From Squalus acanthias (Eukaryota): a stretch of 64,000 nucleotides of DNA. The notes under the pieces were generated by a model that did not search any database, was not told the DNA's origin, and was given only the letters and a program-made list of their open reading frames with translations. Location: the NCBI GenBank assembly GCA_030390025.1, contig CM059432.1, positions 111,044,001 to 111,108,000 on the forward strand, given 5' to 3'. Positions 50,654-60,100 of the stretch are shown here, piece after piece (the first letter of the stretch is position 1; the number at the start of each line of letters is the position of its first letter). Made by a program: the position numbers and the translations under genes.

Positions 50654-52577
50654 CTATTTGTGCAGTTTCTTTCTCTTACGCGTGCTCCTACGTGGTGCTT
50701 CCCCTGTGGCTTCAGCAGAAGTGGAGGCCCCCTGCTCACTTTGTTGCTGCTCCTGTCTCGACTCCTTTGGCGGGCATCCTCTGGGGTTGCGAACCTGAGA
50801 GGGCTCGGCAACAGTCTGCTGCTCCTGCGGCTGGGCAGGGGTTGAGACGCCGATCTCACTTGGGTGTGGACTCTGGTGGGGCTCTGAGCGAGGACCTGTC
50901 AGTGGCATGGAAGTGTGAGCGCTTGGAGAGGAGCCCCCACCTCCTTGTTGTGTGCCACCAACATCCCTCTCATGGGTCAGGTCCACCTCAGCGCTTGCAA
51001 GTGGATTGAGAGCACCTTGCTGCACATCAGGGGGGCCATGGGGACCCGTATCTGTACTGGAAGTCCTACTCAGAAGGACTTCCATGAAGGTCTGGTTTCT
51101 CTGTTCAATAGATGACCATCGCTCCTCCAGAGATGTCATTCTATTCAGAACAATTACCATGTTTTCTGCACTCTGGCGACTTATCACCTCCATGGAGGTT
51201 GCCATCCTTTCCATGGTGATGCGTTCATGCGCCAATGACTCCACAAAGGCTCTGCTCATGTTCGCTATGGACTCCTCCATTCGCTCCACACTCACAGTGA
51301 CCCTGGAGATAAAACCTGTCAGAGACTCCTGCATCTGTTCCTGGAGTCCCAGCACCACTGATCTTATGGATGGCCCCAGAGGCAGAGGGTCGACATGCAG
51401 CTGAGCCGAGCTAGGAGAGTCCTGCGCCCTCCGACTAGGACTCTCCACTGCTGTCCCTGTCTCCACCATCTGCTGATGCTCACTTGTGAGCTGTGATACA
51501 CCAGGTGACAACACTACTCTATGTCCCGAGGGTCCCACCGAGGTGTGAGTGTCTGCACTGGTGCTGGGTGCGCTTAGTTCTGCTGACGCTGCGCCCTCAG
51601 AGGTTGCAGCTTCCTCTGAGGAGTCTGTCTGCTCAGGCTGGTCCTCCTGGCTAGTGGGGACGGGTGCTTGCGATGGTCCTGTGGGGGAGTAAAGGAAAGA
51701 GTCAGAGATGTGATGCCAAGGTTACATGCACATTGCATATTGCAGATGATCATAAATCCATCTGTTAGAGCTTCAGATTCATTATCAGCGACTCATGCAA
51801 TGTCAATGAGAGAGATGGAACACTATTCAGTCACCAGCTTGCTCTGCTGCACCCGTCTGTCCGTCCCCCACTTGCGTTTCCTCCTGGACGCCCACGATTT
51901 CCAGGACCGCCTCCTCCCAGGGGGTGAGCTGGGCTAATGAGGGTGGGCCTCCTCCTGTCCTGGCTCTTTCTCTTTTATTGTGAGCTCTCTTTTCCTGCAA
52001 TGAGGGAGACAAGTGGAGTTTGAGTGAGATTGAAGGAGTGAGTGTAGAGAGTCCATAGCATAGATGCTTAGAAGGAGACAAAGATGGAGTGAGGTGGCAA
52101 GACCAAGGGCCCTCCCTGTGTGTTGTAATTTGTTTTCATAGCATGACAGTGATAGGGAGTGTGAGGGCTGCATAGTCGAATAGTAAGGTGAATGTGACCA
52201 TAGAGGGAGAGGGAATGGGTAAGGGTGCATGGATGTCAGCGTCAAGTGGGATATGGAGGAAGAGGTTGCTAAAGCTGAGTGCTGGTGAGGAGAGGCAATG
52301 GGGATCAGATTGAGGGTGAAGGGAAAGTCATACTCACTTTAGCAGTACGTAGAAGGTCATGAAACCTCTTCCTGCACTGGATCCAGGTTCTGCTTGTCAA
52401 AGATAAAGAGGTGACCTCCTGGGTGATCTGGACCCACACAGCCTTTGTCTGCTGGGGAGGCTTCTTCCTCCCTGAGGAGGGGAAGAGCACCTCCTTGTTG
52501 GCTCTTGCTCCATCTACCAAAGCCTGAAGGGCAACGTCATGGAATCTGGGAGCAGCCCTGGGCCGTTGGCTGGCCAT
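50654..52577 (-). CDS. Three-exon Myb/SANT-like (trihelix) partner protein, predicted 474 aa (exons 52577-52338, 51994-51835, 51678-50654)
   Basis: Canonical GT-AG sites (AAA|GTGAGT, TTGCAG|GAA, CTG|GTGACT, CACAG|GA). Exons of 240+160+1025 nt join in frame with no stop. Motifs 'PRF....L..LV', 'W..I', 'RTWIQCRKRFHDL', 'ARTGGGP'. Confidence 0.85.
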
Positions 52578-53544
52578 TCCTGCTGCAGGTGCTTAGATTT
52601 GAGGTCCAAAAGCTTGGCAGCCTGCAGAGGAAGCAAGGCTTGCTGCAGACCTTAAATGCAGCAGCAATGATGACGTCAACGGAGGCGACTTTCAGACTGG
52701 AATAACTCATTGGCCATGGGTTCCCACATGTTGGAACTCAATTGGCCAATTAAGTTAAAATCGCATCATTAATCCACATTAATCTGGAGTCGGGGGGGGG
52801 CAACACGAAATGTGGCGAACATGACCCCAACCCGACCCCAAGACAAAATCCAGCCCAAAGAGTCTGCAAAGGGATATAGATAGGTTAAGTGAGTGGGCAA
52901 AAATTTGGCCGATGGAGTATAATGTGGGAAAATGTGAGGTTATCCACTTTGGTAGGAAAAATAAAAAAGCAAATTATTATTTAAATGGAGAGAGACTACA
53001 TAATGCTGCGGTACAGAGGGATCTGGGGGTCCTCGTACATGAAACACAAAAGGTTAGCATGCCGGTACAGCAAGTAATTAGGAAGGCAAATGTAATGTTG
53101 GCCTTTATTGCAAGTAGGTTGGAGTATAAAAGCAGGGAAGTCCTGCTACAACTGTACAAGGCGCTGGTGAGACCACACCTGGAGTGCTGCGTGGAGTTAG
53201 GTCGCGCCCCATTTGGGGCGCAAATATCGTCTGGACGCAAATATTAGCGCCTGGCGCTAATTATCGGCACTGACTGGAAACTTCACTTTTACCGCCCCGG
53301 GAGGTGAGTGGAGCGCTAAAGCAGGCGCTGCACACCTGTCTTAAGGCGCAAAGGCCAAGGAGTGAGGCGCTAACTCAGCGCGCGAGCGCAGCGCAGCTGC
53401 TGCCAGTTAGCGAGGGAACACAGACACACTGGCGCCGGCCACTTCTTAACGCGGGGGGGGCCACTTGCTCCCCAGCCACACCCTGCTCATTGCAGCCTTG
53501 AATCTCCGCCTGGAGAGACCTGTGAATCCATTTTGTTGCCAAGC

Positions 53545-55476
53545 ATGGAGAGGGTGAGAGAACGCGCTCATCGCTTCACCGAGCGGGCCTTGGATGCTCT
53601 GGTTGGCGCAGTGGAGCGCAGACGATGTATGCTGTTCCCTGAGAGTGGCAGGAGGCCTTTGCCACGCGAGTTCAGAAGAGTGTGGAGGGAGGTGGCTCAG
53701 AGCGTCTCCTCCAGGAGCATGGTGCCCAGGACCCATACTCAATGCCGCAAAAAGTTCAACGACCTCACTCGGGTCGTCAGGGTGAGTGGCTTTTTCTCAA
53801 TACCTCTCCATCCCTCCATCTCAACCTCACTCTATGGCCAGAGGGTCTTAAAACCCCAATGCACAACACTCATCCAACACCTATGGCCCTTTCATCAAAC
53901 ACACACACACATTCCACACTTTGCATACAGTAAGGGCTATTCACCTATGGGAGGCACATCAGGCAAGACCATGGCTGTATATTGTAAGGGCTATTCACCT
54001 ATGGGAGGCACATCAGGCAAGACCATGGCTGTATATTGTAAGGGCTATTCACCTATGGGAGGCACATCAGGCAAGACCATGGCTGCATATTGTAAGGGCT
54101 ATTCACCTATGGGAGGCACATCAGGCAAGGCCATGGCTGTATATTTACTCAGATGCTGTCCTTTTTCTTGCAGGCCAAGCTGGCTCATAATAGGAGACAG
54201 CAGCAACGGACAGGTGGAGGGCGGCCTCAGCTGCAACCCCTCAGCGATCTTGAGGAGCGCGTCCACAGGATTGTGGCAAGCCGGGTGATCGGTCCCGTCG
54301 CCACTGGAGACGCCGACCCCGTTCTGGACAGCAATGGTAAGGTCATCACCTTTTTGTCCTCTGTCCTTCCACTTGTCCCTCACAACACCAGCCTTTGACA
54401 CTTTCAATCCAACTTGCTAACTCGCTGCACTTATTCCTCCCTTACTGCCACCCTGTCCTCACGCTAAAGCCACTCTTGTACCTCCCTGCTTTCAGATGGT
54501 GATTCACCAGCTGAGGAGACGGGCCCTGAAGCTGCCACTGGGAGTGATGCTGCAGCTGAGGAGGAAGAGGAAGCCAGAGCATCAGTGCCACCCTCTCCCG
54601 AGGAAGCCCATGCCCACACTGGGAACACGCCTTCCCCGGAGGGGAGCAGGGGGGAAGGGGCTGATGAGGGTGAAGCTCCAGGACCCAGCGGGCTGCAGCA
54701 ACGCCATGGCGGGGGGTAGGGAAGAACGGGGGCCTTCTCCCCAGAGGGAGAGTATGCCAGACACTCCTACTGCAATGGACGCAGAGGAGGAGCGGCTGAT
54801 CGCAGAAATGAACACCCAGGCGGTGGGCATGCACACTGAGCTCATGGGTGCAGTGGGAAGGGTGCCCGAATGCATTGAGTCACTGGCAAGGAGTGTGGAG
54901 CACTTCGCTGTAGCACAGGCGGATGCCACACTAATGCTTAGTGCTGCAATTCAGTCACTGGCTGCCGTGATCCCATCTCTGACTGCTCTCATACAGACTC
55001 AGATTGAGGCCACGCGAGCACAGACTGCTGCCAACCTCGATGGTTCGTGCACATGTCCCCGGGGCTGTCACCGCGCCGCAGCAGGCCAGCAATCTGTTCT
55101 CCGGCAGATTGCTCCGGATGCTGAAGTGCTGCCCCGTGGGAGTGCCAGTGTGTCGGGCGAGCAGGGAGTTGCTGTCCTCTCTCACGATGACAGCATTCCT
55201 GCTGCCAACACTGTCACTTCTCCACTGCACTTGCCACCGCCTGTAGGACAGACTGCTGCCGCCCATGCAGAGTTGGTGCAGTCTGCAGCCGGGCCCTCCA
55301 GGCCCAGAAGTGGTCGAGGCCGTCCTTCAGGGGCATCTGCAGTGTCAGGGTCTGACGAGCAGCAGCCTTCCACCAGCCTTGCTGCAGCCACTGAGGTCCC
55401 ATTACGGAGGAGCAGTAGGGTTAGAAGGGGGGAAGTGCGCAAGGGAAGGAGATCACCCTCGAAGGGCAAAAAGTAG
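53545..55476 (+). pseudogene. Harbinger E three-exon Myb/SANT-like gene (53545-53781, 54174-54336, 54496-55476) with one +1 frameshift in a G run at ~54711-54716
   Basis: 'HRFTERALDALV...W.EVA...RTHTQCRKKFNDLTRVVR|AKLAHNRRQQQRTGGG'; same intron phases (0, 1) as copy D. Confidence 0.85.
53930..54145 (+). repeat. 54-bp minisatellite (4 copies) in intron 1 of the E Myb gene
   Basis: Unit GTAAGGGCTATTCACCTATGGGAGGCACATCAGGCAAGACCATGGCTGTATATT at 53930, 53984, 54038, 54092. Confidence 0.95.
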
Positions 55477-55770
55477 GAGGTGTGACAAAATGCTGGTCAT
55501 TTTTTTATTAAAGGCCGAGGTTCATGGTCCAACTTTTGTTTAGTGTTTTGGACATTATCTCCAGGTTGTGAGAACCAGTTATGTTATTGACTGTTTTTTT
55601 GTGTTTATTTCTATGAGTTTGTCATGAGGAATTGACACACACAGAGTTTGTAAAATAAATAAGTTTCTGTATTCAAAATATACATGGCTGGTGGTTGGAA
55701 TTATTGGTGCCTTGGCCGGCTTAGGGGTTGCGTGCTGGGTTGATTAATGTTGGTAGCAATGGCAGGGGCC

Positions 55771-56931
55771 CTAGAAGCGGCTTGCTATTAGCCGTTGACG
55801 GACGGCCCTTGCAGTTTGACCATTGTGGGCCGCCCTCCCGCCTTGGTGCTGCTGATGATCATCGTCCTCGTCCTCTTCCTCCTCTTCCTCCTCCTCCTCT
55901 GGTGGTGCTCCAAGGCCTGGTGGCATTGGCTGGGTCCTGAGGATTGCCATGTTATGCAACATGCAGCACACGACTACGAAGTTCGATACTTGCTCAGGCG
56001 AGTACTGCAGGGCTCCTCCGGAATGGTCTAGACAGCGGAACCGTTGTTTCAGCACGCCGATTGTGCGCTCAATAATGTTCCTGGTTGCTTGATGGCTTTC
56101 ATTGTACCGCAGCTCAGCAGGGGTGTTGGGCGTACGGAGCGGTGTCATCAGCCAGGTGCTCAATGCATACCCCTTGTCCCCGAGAAGCCAACCAACTGGC
56201 TGATGCGGTGCCTCGAAAAGTTCTGCCACAGTAGTCTGGCGCAGGATAAAAGCATCGTGGCAGCTGCCAGGATAGTGGGCATTGACAGCGAGTATCAGCT
56301 GTCTGTGGTCACAGACCAACTGGACATTCAAGGAATGGAACCCCTTTCTGTTCCTGAATTCCTCTGCATTCTCACGCGGAGCACGCAAAGCCACATGCGT
56401 GCAGTCAATGGCGCCCTGCACCATGGGGAAGCCCGCTACCCTCGCAAAGCCCAGAGCGCGGTCACGCTGCTTGTCTGGGGTCATAGGGAAAGAGATGAAC
56501 TCTCGTCTCCTTCTGAAGAGGGCATTTGTGACCTGCCGGATGCAGCAATGCACCGCGAACTGGGAGATATTGGCGAGGTCTCCAACAGCAGCTTGGAATG
56601 AGCCAGTGGCGTAGAAGTTCAAAGCCACTGTGACCTTCACTGCCACCGACAGAGATGTCCTGGACCTCAGTTGAGGCTACAGATCTGGCTGCAGCAGGTG
56701 GCAGAGCTCAGTGACCACCTCCTTGCTGAATCGCAGCCTTCGCAAACACAGCTCCTCGGACATATGGATGTAGGAGAGCTGTTCACGATATACCCTGGGA
56801 GGGTAAGCTCTCCTGTACATGCGCCTGATGGCCCTCCTCCGTCTGGCCATCATTGCCACTCTCTCTCTGCGTCTCTGTATCCTCCGATTCAGCTGGAGCA
56901 GGACGACGCCCCCAATCAGTGCAGCCCCCAT
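55771..56931 (-). pseudogene. Harbinger E DDE transposase with a single in-frame TAG (56679-56677)
   Basis: ORFs 56677-57000 and 55771-56646 are in the same frame. Motifs 'GAIDCTHV', 'LLGDKGY', 'RNIIERTIGVLKQRF' are intact. Confidence 0.92.
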
Positions 56932-59900
56932 ATTCTCTTTGCAAGCAAAGTAATGAGGGACAGCAACTAAAGTAGCAACTAAGTTAGGATCAATAGGCAA
57001 AACTACCTCACAAAGCGTTGAGTCAATGTAGAAGTCTCTCTCTCTCTCTCTCCGAATCTCTCTCTCTCTCTCAGAATGAGTGGTGCATAAATGTCGACCA
57101 CAGAAAAAGACAGGAAGAGGCCCCCTTTAAATAGCGCCCCCCCCAGCCCCACAGCGATTGATAGCGTTCCAGTCTTCCGGTCGTTGGATGCGCCAGGCGG
57201 TAAGGCAGGGGGCGCCACTCAATTTCCGCTCCGGGGCGCCACAAGGGCGTTGCACCATGGAATGACGTCATAATCTGCGCGCGCAGGTGGTCGCAGCGGT
57301 AAATTTTAGCACCGCCGCACAATCTCTAGTTAAGTTCTCGAGCGGCGCAAACATCGCTGCGCCCGGGCGTTAGCGGCTTTGCGCCCCATTAGCGCCCTCT
57401 TAAGGCGCTAACGGGAGGCACAACCAACTGAATTTTTACCCCTTGGTCTCCTTATTTAAGGAGGGATATACTTGCATTGAGGCAGTTGAAAGATGGTTCA
57501 CTAGGTTAATTCCTGAGATGAAGTGGATGTCTTATGAAGAAAGGTTGAGCAGGTTGGGCCTATACTCATTGAAGTTTAGAAGAATGAGAGGTGATCTTAT
57601 CGACACATATAAGATTCTGATAGGGCTTGACAGGGTAGATGCAGGGAGGATGTTTCCCCTCGTGGGGGAATCTAGAATGAGGGGGCATAGTTTCAGGATA
57701 AGGGGTCACCCATTTAAAACAGAGATGAGGAGGAATTTCTTCTCTCAGAGGATCGTGAATCTTTGGAATTCTCTACCCGAGAGAGCTGTGGAGGCTGAGT
57801 CATTGAATATATTCAAGGCAGAGATAGACATATATTTGAGCTACAGGGGAGTCAAGGGTTATGGGGAGCAGGCGGGAAAGTGGCGTTGAGGCCAAGATCA
57901 GATCAGCCATGATCTTATTGAATGGTGGGCAGGCTCGAGGGGCCGAATGGTCTACTCCTGCTCCTATTTCTTATGTTCTTATTAGGAGTAGAATCACTTG
58001 TAGACGAGTCTGGGTACAGGGTGACAGGATCCCTTCCCTGAAGTACAATAGCGAAGTAGTTGGATTTTAAGGAACAAAAAAAAAGTTTGTTGTTGTAATT
58101 TTTTGTTGCGTCAGCCTTCAAATTACAAGATTTATTAAGATCAATTTCATAACTCAACATGGTCAGATATGAACACCTAACCTCTGGGATGCTCATCCAG
58201 GACTGTAACCACGGTACAACCAGATCCTACCTACAGCTTTTTAAAATCTGTCATTTTCACTTCTTCGTTAGCATTTCTCTATATTAGTATAGTTGTTTTT
58301 AAGCATATATCGTTAACAATTACTACTTTCCTTCATGTTGCTATATGTCCTGCACTGATACTTTACTGTAATATTATTCAAGCATTACCCTTTTGTGCTT
58401 TTCTTTTCATTTCTTTGAACTTCCTGACAACTGCTCCAAGTATTTGACGTTCACTTTGTCAATGACATATTGGCACATTTGTTGTTTGTTAGCAAGCTGG
58501 ACTTTTTCAAAATGTCTTTGGAGACACTGTCCTCTAAAGTTGTGCACTTCATCTTGGGTTAACAAACAGTTCTACCCGTTATGTGACTCAATAGCTGCCT
58601 GAGAAGCATTAAAGAAGCGTTATTAAAGGAAATTTGTGGTTAGTTTTTTTCTTTGTTCCCAATAAAGAAATGACTTGCAGATGGTACATGTTCCTAACCG
58701 CACATTACCACAATTTCATTAGAGGGTCTTAAATTAGGATAATAAACGACCATTTGTCCCTTTATTCCAACAGAGGAAATGTGGCCCTGGATGACACTTT
58801 GTGCTGAAAAATCACTTTAATTTTGTCGGATGTATTCCAATACTGCATTGGCCAATGTCACACTCACAACATTAGACTCAGTGGTTGAGAGGGGAGGCGG
58901 GGCTGGAAACATTTCATCCTCTGATATTCAGTGCTTCAGCTTTCCTATGTCGGGGATTTGCCAACATCTCCGATTAGGAAGCCAGCTACATGGTGGGTGA
59001 AGTACGATTAGTTTTTATTTGATATGGCTGTATCATCCCATGTTACCACACATTTACTGGTGAGTGTGATATGTTGGCACTGACAGTAATCTAATATTCA
59101 TGGTAATTACATTACTTTACATCGTTTAAATACTAATAAACAAAGCTTTCATAGAACAGGCAAAACTAAGCATCTGTTTAGAAAATTCGGGAGTGGATCT
59201 CACTTGCGCAGTCAGATTCTTATTAATCTTTATGCTATTGGATGTACTAAGGTTGTAAGGGCTTGTCTTCCTATGCTGTTGCAATTTCAGCAGCGAGGGA
59301 CTTCTGCCTGCCCCATGCCTGCTCCCCTGACACTGGCCAATGTCCTGGGTTCAAGGTCAGTTGAGTATATTGAACAGGTTCTTGATGGAATTTCAACTGC
59401 AATGGGGAGCCCACCTAGGTGACGGGAGGGCAGGAAATTACTGCTGCGGGTCTGACGAGTTTGCAGCAGTATAGCATGGCCGGCTGCCTCTGGGGTAACT
59501 GAAGAAACTTTAAAAATGTAGGTGTAAGGAGTGTAATCGATCACTCACAATAGGTTACACACTGTCAGGGCCTTTAAAAATGAAATCCCTCTTCCCATGC
59601 AATAGTATCACTGTAAACCAATAATGCATGGTGTCCTCTGATCATTTACAATATGTCTACTATAATTGAGTGGGCATATTCAATGCCTGCTATCACTTCC
59701 GATAGGAGTTCCTGGGGAACCGACATAACTCCAGAGTAAAATCTGTCCCCTAACATCTAAATACATTCAGTCGAAAAGCTTAATACTTTCTGCAGTTGTG
59801 CACTGATATTTACTCATTGATGTCAGATTATTTTTTTGCAAATGAAACTCCTGTGAGTCATTCAAGTAGAGAGCTTTATTGTTCCTTACGATAGAGAGTA

Positions 59901-60100
59901 TTTACTTTAATTGGTGGTTTATTCTTTTAAAGACGAATTCAAGTTTCATTATACATTGCTCTCCTGTGGCATTATGTGCAGGAAAATTAAAATTAAATGT
60001 CAGTGTCTTTCTCTTTGTGTATCTGTTCTTTGTGCTTGTCTCCCACTCTACAGTTTGCATTTGTAGCTCGCTGTCATTGTTTGTCTTACTTTCTGTCATA

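Larger units (their letters stand above)
48598..52856. mobile_element. PIF/Harbinger transposon copy D, complete and apparently intact (4259 bp)
   Basis: Perfect 13-bp TIR GGGCTGGATTTTG / CAAAATCCAGCCC; TSD AAA; two open convergent genes. Confidence 0.95.
53191..57442. mobile_element. PIF/Harbinger transposon copy E, near intact (left TIR damaged)
   Basis: Right terminus CTGAATTTTTACCCC. Left end matches MITE 60812-61704 except for the outer ~10 bp. Myb gene on +, transposase on -. Confidence 0.92.
46378..57980 (+). mobile_element. One CR1 ORF2 copy in three pieces (46378-48597, 52857-53190, 57443-57980), split by Harbinger D and E
   Basis: Endonuclease ORF 46455-47222; RT text continues across the inserts ('...CEEDTK|SLQRDIDRLSEWAKIW', '...HLECC|...WSPYLRRD'). 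Confidence 0.93.

Noticed and set aside
53930..54145. Regularly spaced repeats as a possible CRISPR array (also 43885-44044)
   Set aside because: Head-to-tail units with no unique spacers, no cas genes, and vertebrate context.
54496..55476. 326-aa stand-alone ORF starting at ATG 54496
   Set aside because: The ATG directly follows a splice acceptor. The first ~70 codons are the wrong frame of Myb exon 3, joined by the frameshift near 54711.
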